Source of the DNA: a virus
Strand: one strand, 5' to 3'
Length of the DNA stretch: 64,000 bases
IMG/VR virus record: IMGVR_UViG_3300014819_000002
Location: 1-64,000 of that record
Numbering within the stretch: position 1 is the stretch's first letter; each line of letters begins with the position of its first letter. Under the pieces are notes generated by a model. The model did no database searches. It was not told the DNA's origin and worked only from the letters and a program-made list of their open reading frames with translations. Made by a program: the position numbers and the translations under genes. This document shows, one piece after another, positions 48,301 to 58,169 of this stretch.

Positions 48301-48538
48301 GAATTGTAATAGTTGGAGCGATGTCTGCTAACTCACGGAACATCCATGAAAGCTTTTCAATGATTTCTGGTGTAATACCCTGGGTCTTTGTATGAAAGAT
48401 ATCTCCAGTATTAATAATCAAATCTGGTTTAATTCTTCTACGTAGAGAATCAAATAGCCTCTGAAAACTTTCTGTATATTCTTTATGACGGGCTATACCA
48501 CGCCAATGTATGTCACTTATCTGAATTATTTTCGGCAT
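45299..48538 (-). CDS. Fused Mre11/SbcD nuclease - Rad50/SbcC ATPase (gp47-gp46 fusion)
   Basis: SDIH, TGD, GNHD, LGDIH; Walker A GPNKIGKSS; hook CGDSFPTC; ASGME; FIIDEGWGTLD; VITH. Confidence 0.92.
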   Translation of the reverse strand: MPKIIQISDIHWRGIARHKEYTESFQRLFDSLRRRIKPDLIINTGDIFHTKTQGITPEIIEKLSWMFRELADIAPTITILGNHDGNLTNSDRQDIISPIHEAINHQDSYLYKKSGTYSLPREVKGGNRFALHVYSPFDVDGWKNIKPLQDKINIALFHGCISGSKTDMEYRLVDGERDVSFFTGMQFVMLGDIHKQQFLAYRLDKNGKEKPWIGYPGSLIQQNFGESETKGFLIWDIKNENEWDVQFHEHENKAPFISVNWANTVNNTLRQIEKTRGARAYIPGARYRVISNQPIQQVEARQLLNELKEHKGAEEVVFKYDLINRMETIETNGQQVLKTNLRNDPETLLKLYREFMKAHKESYVLNEEQLGEASNVIRSYLTKLNTEDIDNAVRNTSWSLKKLKFDNIFRYGEGNEVNFDGLEGVIGIFGPNKIGKSSIIAAIMYALFNTTDRGPLKGSHIINKNKKSCYAELTFSVGGDFYLVKRETIRNISKKSTKKDDDKTVTSLNLYKIEQDGTLIEKNSISRDETDREIRKLVGQPQDFLLTALSNQGGINKFIEEGATQRKAILSRFLDLELFDKLNVYAKDDYSTLTEKTKKYIGFDWASALKRGHQEIEEIEKKISDIKTQQQINIQERDELRLWMMQHQNVMQTVSLTRFNELKNDIESKEKTLAYMLHLDGEHEDTVKNIRSELDRVKYARSKYDIKILHDKLEKLDRVKSDISILRQSFVKETETLEQQKKSIKRLETVPCGDSFPTCRFIKDSHADKKLVKSQEEKVIELGEKIAELDSIAELLIQEKIAETLKMDEQASRLEFELETKLNKTVSDKNVREKEIALIKSTLENLEIERKKLSDLLASNERKEYEKNRLMLDVIIDHIEAREREERDLLISLGGKNEKLKQLTKDRIECKADLEKLKIYETVQQAFSKNGIPAMVLKTQLPAINMELTKILDNIVDFKVSLETDISSNVMDVYIEDGHSRRIIELASGMEKMICSLALRVALINLSSLSRPDIFIIDEGWGTLDQDSLIKAMELLTLFKSYFRTILVITHVDPIKEVADKIIDIYNDGLESKVMVIHD

Positions 48539-48545
48539 TTTTTAA

Positions 48546-49544
48546 TCAATATTTTAGGATTTTGGATATCTTTGCCCTTAGCAAATAATCCTTACTAAAA
48601 GGTGTAACATGTTCTAAAAGTGAGTTAAACTGTGTTTGCGTAAGTTCTCCTACGTCATTATAAGGCTGTGGAATATCAAGTAATGAAACGGAAACATCAA
48701 ATTCGCTTAATAGCTCTGCTATTTTCAATGATTTATCTTTTGCATCTGAGTCTAATGCTAATATTATTGGTGTCTTATGTTTTACTATCATCAAAAACAA
48801 CTTATATTCTGATGTTAACTCAGAACCTAATAAACAGGTAGCATTTGTATTACATTTAATAAGATCAAATGGACCTTCAACTATTGTTAGAGGTTCATTC
48901 CAATTGATATTAATCTCATTGAAGATAATATCTTCTCTTTGAACATTAGGATTAACATATTTTGGATATATATCAACAAAAGTTCTACCGGTGAAATAAT
49001 TCAATTCTCCATCACAAGAAAAAGAAGGCATTATTATTCTGTTAACAAAAGCCTTATCTTCTAAAGATATTCCAAACTTCCAATACCACAAATGAGAAGG
49101 GTCAAGTTCATCAGTGTCTATGTTAAATCGATTTGAAATATAATTTATCGCTGCTCGATATGAAACTTCTAATGTTGTATCTGTATTTGGCAAAGCCAAC
49201 AATTGAAAACCAGAAGGAAGTTTAAAATGCATTTCTGTTGTTTTTAAAACATCATTATTAGATTTTAGTTGTTGGACTCCTACAAATCGATTCAAATATT
49301 CTGCAAAATATCCGGAATGAAAATTTTTTATTAAGTCCAATAAATTACGAGATTTATAACCACAACTCCAGCAATGAAGTAAAAAATTATCTGTTCGAAT
49401 TACTAACTTACGTTTATTATGTGATATGCCCTTTTTTTGCAGGCACATAGGACATGTTACTGAAATATTTGCACCATGATTTGATAAAGAACCCTGTCCA
49501 AAAACTTTTTCTATGAAATCAATAGCTTGACCTCTTGTATACAT
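48546..49544 (-). CDS. DNA primase
   Basis: CPMC...HCWSC zinc domain; NRIIMP...YFTGR; TOPRIM VEGPFD, LDSD, DVGE. Confidence 0.88.
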   Translation of the reverse strand: MYTRGQAIDFIEKVFGQGSLSNHGANISVTCPMCLQKKGISHNKRKLVIRTDNFLLHCWSCGYKSRNLLDLIKNFHSGYFAEYLNRFVGVQQLKSNNDVLKTTEMHFKLPSGFQLLALPNTDTTLEVSYRAAINYISNRFNIDTDELDPSHLWYWKFGISLEDKAFVNRIIMPSFSCDGELNYFTGRTFVDIYPKYVNPNVQREDIIFNEININWNEPLTIVEGPFDLIKCNTNATCLLGSELTSEYKLFLMIVKHKTPIILALDSDAKDKSLKIAELLSEFDVSVSLLDIPQPYNDVGELTQTQFNSLLEHVTPFSKDYLLRAKISKILKY

Positions 49545-49545
49545 A

Positions 49546-50154
49546 TCACTTTTTCTTTCGGATCTTAACGTCTGTATCTTTTAATATCTTTATTAATCCC
49601 GTTCCGGATTTTCCAAATTTCTTTTTTCTTTGCCAAACAAACCAAGCATATTCAATACTGTCAGTTCCTTTACCATTAAATGATGGTCGGTTTGGAACAA
49701 CATATATATCTGGAGTGTATTTTCTGAGAAAATCAGACCGCTCACCACTGCCCATGAAATTAAGTCGTAATAACATGCAAACATACTCTGGCTCCAACTC
49801 TATTGATTTCTTTATAAACTCCAATGCTTTTGAAAATGGTGGGTTGGTTATAATCACATCATATTCTTTAACTAATGGGACATCTAAGAAGCTTCCTATG
49901 TGAACCCGGCTTGAGTCTACTATAGCCTCTAGATCCGTTTTAAACCTATCCTGTAGCTCTATGGCAGTCCAAGTAGGTGCAGTTCCTAAACGGGCGGCTA
50001 CAGCCCGTATAAGAGCGCCATCGCCAGCCGCAGGCTCAAGCCACTTAACAGAAGAAATATTAACTTCTTCCAATAGACGATCAACACACCAACCGGGAGT
50101 TGGATAATAATCGTTTGCTACACGCTTGTTAGAGTTTTTCTTTGTTGATGACAT
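49546..50154 (-). CDS. DNA N6-adenine (or N4-cytosine) methyltransferase
   Basis: DYYPTP, LEPAAGDG, ITNPPF, YAWFVW; start set at MSSTKK. Confidence 0.85.
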   Translation of the reverse strand: MSSTKKNSNKRVANDYYPTPGWCVDRLLEEVNISSVKWLEPAAGDGALIRAVAARLGTAPTWTAIELQDRFKTDLEAIVDSSRVHIGSFLDVPLVKEYDVIITNPPFSKALEFIKKSIELEPEYVCMLLRLNFMGSGERSDFLRKYTPDIYVVPNRPSFNGKGTDSIEYAWFVWQRKKKFGKSGTGLIKILKDTDVKIRKKK

Positions 50155-50156
50155 AA

Positions 50157-50831
50157 TCAGGGGTTTATTAACATTCCACCTCGGCAAATCACCCACGCAT
50201 CTGCACAGTCCTCATTAACTTTATCATATATCATTTGACCTTTAAACTGCCCCGACTTTGCTTCACGGATAATCCAAGGGAAATGTGGATTAATAGTTCT
50301 TACAGCAAGAAATACTTTGTCTTTTGTAGAAGAAGTCTTATCTTTATAATCTATTTTAATATTGAGTTTTGAACGGGCAGAACGAACGTTGATCATAGTT
50401 GGTTTTATTCCCCACCACTTATAAACCATGTAAGAAATAATACCATTAAAACGTCCAAGAGTCATGATTGTGTCAGCAGAAGAAAATCCTGGTGTAAATT
50501 TTTTTGCCGCTTCCTCAATGTAAACTTTTTTTACATTCCATTTGAGATCAACCCAATCCGATAAGAAATTGTCAGCCTTATCATATTCGTCATCCCATTT
50601 TGTGAGTTTTTTATGAGTTAGTTTAACTAGTTCCCCAGTGTTACTATCTAATACACATATACCAACTACAGATGTTGATATATCAAATGCTACACAAACT
50701 TCTCTTAATCCCGTTTCTCCTGTTGTTTCTCTAGAAGCATGAATCGTTGACGTATCGGAAATATTATTATTTCTGTCCATAACTCGTACATATGTTTCTT
50801 TCCTGTTTTCTTTGTTAGACTTTCGCACCAT
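50157..50831 (-). CDS. RuvC-like Holliday junction resolvase
   Basis: AFDISTSVVG, VYIEE, EDCADAWVI; true start probably downstream of 50831. Confidence 0.75.
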   Translation of the reverse strand: MVRKSNKENRKETYVRVMDRNNNISDTSTIHASRETTGETGLREVCVAFDISTSVVGICVLDSNTGELVKLTHKKLTKWDDEYDKADNFLSDWVDLKWNVKKVYIEEAAKKFTPGFSSADTIMTLGRFNGIISYMVYKWWGIKPTMINVRSARSKLNIKIDYKDKTSSTKDKVFLAVRTINPHFPWIIREAKSGQFKGQMIYDKVNEDCADAWVICRGGMLINP

Positions 50832-51196
50832 CTTCTTGCTGCTTCGGCTTTCTTTATTACTGTATTGTTGTTTAATGCAGAATTTCTCTTTACTTCAATT
50901 ATCTTTTGTGTTCCATCAGCATAATTCACAACAAAATCTGGTATATAAAATCTCACCCTACCTGATTTTAAATTAGATATATACGCTATTTTATATGGCT
51001 CATAATCATATGATAATACCCTTGGATCTTCATCAAAATGTTTGCAAACATATAGCTCCCATGAAGAACGATATTGAATAGGATGCATAGATTTTGGAGA
51101 TATATGTGTACCAGTAATGTAATGTGTTTGACGACGACCCTTACGGGTCTTTGCTCTTGGTTTCTTATAGGTTTTCTTAGTAGATGTTTTAGTCAT
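50705..51196 (-). CDS. Head completion nuclease, T4 gp4/TnsA-like
   Basis: YRSSWE, YEP..I.Y, YIPDFVV, IIEVK. Confidence 0.75.
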   Translation of the reverse strand: MTKTSTKKTYKKPRAKTRKGRRQTHYITGTHISPKSMHPIQYRSSWELYVCKHFDEDPRVLSYDYEPYKIAYISNLKSGRVRFYIPDFVVNYADGTQKIIEVKRNSALNNNTVIKKAEAARRWCESLTKKTGKKHMYELWTEIIIFPIRQRFMLLEKQQEKRD

Positions 51197-51307
51197 AATA
51201 GCAATTAAGTGATAAGTGGAACGCTACCAATTAGAAGAGAGATGATCCTATTAACAAATATAGGATACGTCATGTTGAATATCTGAAATCATACTTATAA
51301 GTGTGTT

Positions 51308-51946
51308 ATGTGTAAGTATTATGTGCTAATATGCATATTATTGCTGGAATCTTTGATATCCGGCTGTACCGTCTCGTCTCCATTTTCTGGAAGAGAACTA
51401 AACTTCTATGGTTATAACCTAAATCACCAAACAATCTCAAGACAGGGAGAAAATATTTGGCATCTAGATTCTTTCCCATTAAGAATTCTCATTGATAGTG
51501 ATATCGAACAGCTAAAAAAAAATCAGATTATATCTGCACTTGAACAATGGAATTCTATTATTGGTTTCTATGTTTTTAGATGGGAAGAAATAGATTTAGA
51601 AGAAACTATTCATTATGGCCAATTTAGTGAACCAGAAAGAAATGTAGTATATGTTTTTGAATCTGAACTTGGTCGTGATACTGATGATAATCACATATTA
51701 GGTTTAGCTACAAACTATATCGAATATGGACAATCAATATATATAAGAAGTTCTTTAGTTTTATTTGATGAAGAACTATTAGCAACCGATATGTATTATG
51801 TATGTATGCATGAATTTGGTCATGTTTTAGGACTTAAACATGATCGTGATGATATTAGTTCAATAATGTATCCACACGTGTTATCAAGTTTTGGTAACAT
51901 TAAACCAGAAGATTTGGTATATATCAGAAATCAACTTTATAGATGA
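51308..51946 (+). CDS. Matrixin-like zinc metalloprotease, putative lipoprotein
   Basis: HEFGHVLGLKH plus SIMYP Met-turn; hydrophobic signal ending ISGC. Confidence 0.85.
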   Translation: MCKYYVLICILLLESLISGCTVSSPFSGRELNFYGYNLNHQTISRQGENIWHLDSFPLRILIDSDIEQLKKNQIISALEQWNSIIGFYVFRWEEIDLEETIHYGQFSEPERNVVYVFESELGRDTDDNHILGLATNYIEYGQSIYIRSSLVLFDEELLATDMYYVCMHEFGHVLGLKHDRDDISSIMYPHVLSSFGNIKPEDLVYIRNQLYR

Positions 51947-51974
51947 TAATCATATAAAAAATAGTTGTTTCAGA

Positions 51975-54326
51975 TTAATAATCCATACGTATGCGAAAAA
52001 GCATTTTATCACCGGCTCTTTTAAGAATTGGTTGTGCAACAGAAGTTCTACCAATAACATTTAAATTGTCATCATGTAATAAAACGTTTGATATGAAAAC
52101 GTAACGTTTATCGGTTTCATTTGCCAACTCATCAATTTCTCCATTTTGAAAATGTTCATAACTTGAAGTTATAAGTTGCATTGGTCGAGCATATCCATTA
52201 ACCGTTAATACATGAATATTTTGTATGCCTTCAAACTCACATTGAAATTGATTAAGACCAAAGAAATATAATTGTGGTATTTTTAGTACAGCGATACCTT
52301 CATTGTAAAATATATTTCCTATAGAGGACCAGGTTGCATGACTACCAGAAGCATCTGCACGATATAGATTGCCATATCCATCATCTTTGATAGTCATACT
52401 GATGCTGCCACTTATTGAACCACTTAAGTTACTATCTTTCAATAAAAAAGTACCAGGTTTAATGGTTAAACCATAATACATATTACTGATATCAAAAAAC
52501 ACAACTTGATTACTAGTTGCATCTCTTGTTCTATCATATATTGCAAGATCAGATCCAGGAGCAGTTCCATTCCAGAAACTATCCGGATTATTACCGCCTT
52601 GCAAATTAATTGAAATAGGATTTTCTGTATTACTTTGAATTACTGTACCAGGAAATGACCCGGTAATCATATCTCTCAATGATACATAACCTAAAACAGA
52701 TGTGCCATTGTCATCAGTAAATTTGCTACCACTTAAAGAAGATAATATATTGAAATTAGGATAAAAATTACCATTATCGTTTGGAATAACAGTATATAAT
52801 CTTTTTATATTTGAACCGGTATTGTATAATAATTCATTTGCAGATATTGCAGTTGATAATGGATTTGTATATAGAGAAGCAGAAAGATTCCAAAGTCTTG
52901 GATATCTTCCTGTAACAAATTCTCTTACATAGTTTTCTAAATTGATGTAATGTCCACCACAACCAAATGCCATTTTAATATTAAATGGATCTTGTGTTGT
53001 CCCATCAGATGAAAAGAATGGAGTCTCAAACACTCCACCATCATTATTGATAACTTGACGATATGGACTTTCTTGTGTAAAGAATGGTGGCAAATAAAAC
53101 TTAAGACTTGCTGATGCTGTATCAGATAATCCTGTAACGTCCAATGCAGTTATTTGATCATTATTTAGATAACTGCTATATAGTTTTAATTCATGTATTT
53201 CTGCTTTGAGAGGATAATTGAAAGCATAAATTGTTGGATTGTCTTGAGCTGTGCTTGTTTGTAACTCATATAATCCTTCTTTCAAAGAAGGATTTGTAGA
53301 GAAAAACCATGAAGTTTTAGTGGATATTGTATTATTTGGTCCCTCAAAATAGTTTCCAATACAAAGAATATCTTGATCAAGAGATGCACTACCAACAACC
53401 AAGCTCTCTGTAATGTTAAAATATCCCTCATTAACACCATTAATGATGAATGAACCAGAACCAAAATTATAATTGGCTCCGCCCCACCGAACTGTTACAT
53501 GATGCCATTTATTTGCTTCCAATGAATTGTCATTTGAGAAAAACATATAAGGCATTCCTGTTCCAACTTGGTCAGGAGGTACTTCGCTCGCACCAGATAG
53601 CTGCAACAATATTCTAAAACCATCTATAGCCCCATTTATATCTCTAGAGGATCCAGAACATAAACTAATAGCAAATGCACCAGACATGTGCATTATGGTA
53701 CCTGGTTTATAAATCGTTTCCATATAAGAAACAGTTTTAGGCTTAATCCAAAAATCAAATGAAAAAGAACCTGAAAAACTATAATCTCTATAGTCTTGTT
53801 CTACAGCATTTATGGGATTTGGATATATTAATACACTGCCCGTTGGCACATTACTCGCTGAGTAAAAATTTAAACAATGATAATTTGTAAAACTGTAATG
53901 TGCATTAGGATATGTTGCCCTATAATAGGGCATTAACGTGTTTATAGTAACTAACTTACGTAAAGTGTTAGAGTTGAATCTAAATGGCGGCTCAAATCGG
54001 ATAATCTCCAAACGTTGATATTGTTTTGGAGATACAGGAGTTTCTTGTACCCCCGTCATATATGCCAATATTTCTGAAGTTATATTTGTACTTCCAGTAG
54101 ATGCCGTTATCGCATTTAATCTCAATTGATTTAAATCATAATCAGAGAAATATGATTTGCTATAGTAGTTGAGAGGATCTGGCTCTTTTTGAAATGTCGA
54201 TCTTCGAGAAAAAAGATAAAGTGATCCGGTAATACCATCTGTTGAGGAACTTATATAAGTTCTCCTTGGATTGGTTTCAATTGTAAACGTCTCAAAATCA
54301 TCTGGTGTTACTCGTTGTATTGACAT
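51975..54326 (-). CDS. Virion structural protein with LamG/ConA-like domain
   Basis: FSFDFWIKP, WHHVTVRW, IHELKLY; C-terminal LHDDNLNVIG...QPILK...FRIRMDY paralogous to 55870..57093. Confidence 0.65.
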   Translation of the reverse strand: MSIQRVTPDDFETFTIETNPRRTYISSSTDGITGSLYLFSRRSTFQKEPDPLNYYSKSYFSDYDLNQLRLNAITASTGSTNITSEILAYMTGVQETPVSPKQYQRLEIIRFEPPFRFNSNTLRKLVTINTLMPYYRATYPNAHYSFTNYHCLNFYSASNVPTGSVLIYPNPINAVEQDYRDYSFSGSFSFDFWIKPKTVSYMETIYKPGTIMHMSGAFAISLCSGSSRDINGAIDGFRILLQLSGASEVPPDQVGTGMPYMFFSNDNSLEANKWHHVTVRWGGANYNFGSGSFIINGVNEGYFNITESLVVGSASLDQDILCIGNYFEGPNNTISTKTSWFFSTNPSLKEGLYELQTSTAQDNPTIYAFNYPLKAEIHELKLYSSYLNNDQITALDVTGLSDTASASLKFYLPPFFTQESPYRQVINNDGGVFETPFFSSDGTTQDPFNIKMAFGCGGHYINLENYVREFVTGRYPRLWNLSASLYTNPLSTAISANELLYNTGSNIKRLYTVIPNDNGNFYPNFNILSSLSGSKFTDDNGTSVLGYVSLRDMITGSFPGTVIQSNTENPISINLQGGNNPDSFWNGTAPGSDLAIYDRTRDATSNQVVFFDISNMYYGLTIKPGTFLLKDSNLSGSISGSISMTIKDDGYGNLYRADASGSHATWSSIGNIFYNEGIAVLKIPQLYFFGLNQFQCEFEGIQNIHVLTVNGYARPMQLITSSYEHFQNGEIDELANETDKRYVFISNVLLHDDNLNVIGRTSVAQPILKRAGDKMLFRIRMDY

Positions 54327-54350
54327 ATTATCTGAGATTTAAGTATATTA

Positions 54351-54674
54351 CTATGATCTTTTTAAAGATAATAACTTTTGTTGGAAATCCGGATTATCTA
54401 CCAAAAATGCATAAAGGCGAGGAGACAACGCTTTCGTTATTTGATCTGTATTAATCTCGTCAATTCCAGTATTGTCCAATAATCCATGCAATATCTCATG
54501 AATTAATGTCTCATTTTGAAATGTTATCTCTAAATCCGATCTTATGTAAATTTCTGACGTTGGATACTCAATATATCCATATGCTTCTTCATGTTCTTTA
54601 AATACAGAATTCTCTTCCGCATCCTGCTCATGAATCGTATATGTGCGAGCACCTATTTTTACTTGTTTAATCAT
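54351..54674 (-). CDS. Small HExxH metallopeptidase-like protein
   Basis: YG.I.Y....IYI...ETLIHEILH. Confidence 0.65.
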   Translation of the reverse strand: MIKQVKIGARTYTIHEQDAEENSVFKEHEEAYGYIEYPTSEIYIRSDLEITFQNETLIHEILHGLLDNTGIDEINTDQITKALSPRLYAFLVDNPDFQQKLLSLKRS

Positions 54675-55771
54675 ATTATAATACTTTCAATATATTTTTC
54701 GTACTCGTTAATGTCATTTAACATCAATATTTCATATATCATATTGTTATTTTTGCAGTATTCACGAGCATCTTGTTCTTTATCAGAAAAATTTTTAAGA
54801 TATCTAGTATATTCACATTTTATTTCAATTAATTTTTTTGTACCATCAGAGTAGTATACTAAAAAATCTGGGAGATATCTTTTACCGGAAGAACACCTTA
54901 TATAAAATGGCTCATATGAATAGGTTATAACATTTTTATCGGCATCTAGTAATTTCATAAATTTAAATTCATATGATGATCTATAATACATTTTTTTCTT
55001 TATTGCTTTTAAACTTTCATGTGTGCCTTTAATGAATCCGCCTTTCGTTCCTGTCATTACTCTTTTAATAGCGGTCTTTGAATAATTTTCAATTTGTTCA
55101 AAAGTTCTATCAACTATAGTTTTGCCCCAGTTTGGATTGTTTTCTTTCGCATTGCTTCGAATACCAGAAGCAAATTGCTCTTTCTGTATCTTGCTTATTT
55201 TAGCTCCAAGTTCCACAATTCTTTCGTCATTTTCTTTCGTAAGTCCATATGTCCAAGGCTTCATTCCTTTAGTTGGACCTTCTTTTCCATAATTGATATG
55301 TTCCTCACCCGACTGATACAATGAAGAACATTTGCGTGAACAATATTCTGTTTGCCGTCGATATAATACTTCATATTCTTTATTACATCGTTTACAGGTT
55401 TTGATAATATTTTTTTGATCATTCCCACGTTTAAATGCTTCACTGCAAGCAGGAGAACAATAATCTCCATTCTTACCCTTTTGACTTAAACGTTTTGTTA
55501 TAACTTTTTTACACCATCCACATTCTGTTGTAAATGTTCCGTTTGTAGTTCGTTGCTCTCCGTATATCTTGGCAGCACATACTCTCGAACAATATTTCAT
55601 ATTCGAGCCAGAACTATACTTCAGAAATTCTGTGTTACAACATTCGCATATTGCTTTACGAGCATTTTTCTTATCTTCCCTAAGACATACAATAGAACAA
55701 TATTTTCGATTTGGTTTCCTGTTTTGAAAACCAGATTTGCAAGTTATGCATTTATGATCATACTTCTTCAT
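54671..55771 (-). CDS. Homing-endonuclease-like protein: tandem zinc-binding repeats plus TnsA-like nuclease
   Basis: Four CxxC...YCSxxC repeats; WTYGLTKENDERI; YRSSYE, YLPDFLV, LIEIK. Confidence 0.75.
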   Translation of the reverse strand: MKKYDHKCITCKSGFQNRKPNRKYCSIVCLREDKKNARKAICECCNTEFLKYSSGSNMKYCSRVCAAKIYGEQRTTNGTFTTECGWCKKVITKRLSQKGKNGDYCSPACSEAFKRGNDQKNIIKTCKRCNKEYEVLYRRQTEYCSRKCSSLYQSGEEHINYGKEGPTKGMKPWTYGLTKENDERIVELGAKISKIQKEQFASGIRSNAKENNPNWGKTIVDRTFEQIENYSKTAIKRVMTGTKGGFIKGTHESLKAIKKKMYYRSSYEFKFMKLLDADKNVITYSYEPFYIRCSSGKRYLPDFLVYYSDGTKKLIEIKCEYTRYLKNFSDKEQDAREYCKNNNMIYEILMLNDINEYEKYIESIII

Positions 55772-55869
55772 TTCATCTTCTACAATTTTATCCTAGGATT
55801 AATTATATCAAGAGAGGTGAAATGTTCAGTCTATTAACTTAGGCTAAGTTATTTTACAACATTAATATG

Positions 55870-57093
55870 TTACTTAACAAATCTGATAGATTTGCCGGTT
55901 TTTTTGCGTACATGTAATTTTTTATAAAAACCAAAATCAAGTCTGACTTTAAAAGTCAGATCACGTTCAGAGTCTTTTAGAACAGGACGTGAAAGTTTAG
56001 CGACACCAAGAAGATTGTTGTTATCATCATATAGACCAATAGAAGTAATAAACGTAAATGCCTCTTGATCTAATTCTTCACCTTCATCTATAACAACGAT
56101 TCTATTATTATCATCTGTAAATGTTGGATTAGAAGAATAGTTGAATGAATCTGGATTTGCACGACAGAAGAATATTGTGCTATTGATGTTTGTTATATTT
56201 TGAAAAGTCATTGCAGTTTCATTAGAAGCTGTGAAACGTGTACTACAAAGATGGTCAACGAAATTATCTATCGATGCAGAAGTTGCAAATCTACAGAGGC
56301 TAGCGGATACGGCGACTGTTCCAGCCGTTGTTGTAACACAATCAATGGAACCAGTAATTTTAACTGCTTGATCGAAACTTCTTGACATATCAAGAACAAG
56401 AATGCCACGATCAAGAAATAATAAACCATATGGATTTGTTGTAACTGCTGAATCAACTACAACAGCAGCTTCACCACCAACTTCGAAGAATTTATTGGTA
56501 CTTGAGTTGATATCAGTTAATATTGATGCTGATGCTGCTGTTGTTGCAATATTGGTTCCTGCGGGAGCTTGAGCTGCGCTAGTAAAGAAGCGCATAGCAA
56601 ACGTTTCTCTTTTAACTTTATCACGTGCAAACAAACGCTTAAAGCAAATAAAAACAGCTTCTTTTATTTCAATTGTATTGTTAGAATTAGGAGCTGTGGC
56701 TGTAAACGTAGCAGTTTCGTCACCAAGCAATTGACGAGCAAATAATCTATATATATCTATTTTTTCTCTCATCATGAGAGTATCAGAACCGAATATATAT
56801 TTGCCATTAGCATCGATTGTTGGATTTAATTCATTTATAAGGGCAGAACTTGTAGCAAAACCATATGTCACATCAAAAACAGGATTTGCGGTTTGTAGAG
56901 TGAAATCTTGATCATATATTGTTTGAAATAGAGAGCTAGTAACTCCTGGACCTAATCCACCAGTTACGAAAACTTGATATTCTCTTCTTGTAGCGGAAGA
57001 TGATACATCTGAACCAATTATATCAACTAACTGATTGAGATAACTTGTAGTTGATCTTATGTCTTGATTATCAAAAGCTTGAAAGGTTGCCAT
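55870..57093 (-). CDS. Virion structural protein (tail/baseplate region)
   Basis: FNYSSNPTF, FITSIGLYDDNNNLLGVAKLSRPV.K...FKVRLDF. Confidence 0.65.
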   Translation of the reverse strand: MATFQAFDNQDIRSTTSYLNQLVDIIGSDVSSSATRREYQVFVTGGLGPGVTSSLFQTIYDQDFTLQTANPVFDVTYGFATSSALINELNPTIDANGKYIFGSDTLMMREKIDIYRLFARQLLGDETATFTATAPNSNNTIEIKEAVFICFKRLFARDKVKRETFAMRFFTSAAQAPAGTNIATTAASASILTDINSSTNKFFEVGGEAAVVVDSAVTTNPYGLLFLDRGILVLDMSRSFDQAVKITGSIDCVTTTAGTVAVSASLCRFATSASIDNFVDHLCSTRFTASNETAMTFQNITNINSTIFFCRANPDSFNYSSNPTFTDDNNRIVVIDEGEELDQEAFTFITSIGLYDDNNNLLGVAKLSRPVLKDSERDLTFKVRLDFGFYKKLHVRKKTGKSIRFVK

Positions 57094-57109
57094 TATTTAT
57101 ACCTTAATA

Positions 57110-57820
57110 TTAAGATTTTTGTATTTGAACTAAAATATCATATGAGGCACCGGATTGTAGTCCAGTAACTTTAACATATGTGTTAATTTGTGTTTTTTGT
57201 GCGGTACCGTTAACGGCACCATATATTTGGAACTGAGCATTTGTTATTGTACGAGTTCTTAAACTAAAATTAAGAACCGAGCCATTTGTATCTGAAGCCT
57301 TTCCAGGCACAGAAGCTATTAAATAATTTGAAGTTTGATTCTGAGCTTCTGTATATTCTGGTGTTTCTCCGATGATGTCTAGAAACTGTGAATTTAGTTG
57401 CACCATATATGTTGCATCTACTAACTCACTACTGACATTTAATGGGTCACTAAAAACCTGTTGAATACTGATATTTGCTGGTGCTTTAGTTGCTGCATTA
57501 ATGTTTATAGTTTTAGCACCACCAACTAGCTCAATACTTGGCAAAAATATCAAATTTGGATCTGAAACAGAGACGCAACGATATTTTTGTGCTAATGAAC
57601 CATTTGTTAAAGCTTCAAATATTGGCGTGTTTTTTTCAAGCTTCTCTTTCCCTACTGTGCGCCCATATTTTTGTATAATACCATAATCAACTTCATCATC
57701 TCCTAAAGCAAATTTTGATATTTTAAAGCTTTGATTGTTCTGGGAAAGAAATTTTCTGCCGGTATCTGTTAATACTGCATCAAGAATTATATTATTTGTA
57801 TCACCTTGTAGAAATGCCAT
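57110..57820 (-). CDS. Virion structural protein
   Basis: IILDAVLTDTGRKFL...FKISKFALGDDEVDY; in structural cluster. Confidence 0.6.
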   Translation of the reverse strand: MAFLQGDTNNIILDAVLTDTGRKFLSQNNQSFKISKFALGDDEVDYGIIQKYGRTVGKEKLEKNTPIFEALTNGSLAQKYRCVSVSDPNLIFLPSIELVGGAKTININAATKAPANISIQQVFSDPLNVSSELVDATYMVQLNSQFLDIIGETPEYTEAQNQTSNYLIASVPGKASDTNGSVLNFSLRTRTITNAQFQIYGAVNGTAQKTQINTYVKVTGLQSGASYDILVQIQKS

Positions 57821-57894
57821 TGTACACTTTCCTGTAGTAATCCCATAAATAACAATTATAAATTATAAAAATTGTGTAAAGGTAAATATAGAAT

Positions 57895-58140
57895 ATGAAA
57901 AAAATCTCGTATGAAGAAGCAAAAAAATATTTTGAGGATCAAGGTAGAACAGATATTGTTTTACTAAAAGAAGGATATGAATGTTTTAGAAAAAAAGCCA
58001 AATTTTTAGATTTGGTTATTGGCGAAACGTTTGAGGCGATCCCGAAATCATCCTAAAAGAGCATTAGAAAATAGAAAAAACAAATCTTGAAAAATATGGA
58101 AATACAAAAGAAGCTTTAGAGGTCAAAAAAATATAAAGTT
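57895..58140 (+). pseudogene. Degenerate remnant of a 446..1987-family endonuclease gene
   Basis: MKKISYEEAKKYF...RKKAKFLD...FEAIPK, then frameshifted HPKR and TNLEKYG fragments. Confidence 0.7.
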
Positions 58141-58169
58141 TGAATTGTTATTTTATAGTTCCAATAATA

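Noticed and set aside
55772-55935. Possible group I intron after RLDF of 55870..57093 (20-aa extension, hairpins, AGACUG) housing the downstream endonuclease
   Set aside because: No matching S element or 3' exon found after the endonuclease; more likely a lost stop codon at an insertion boundary
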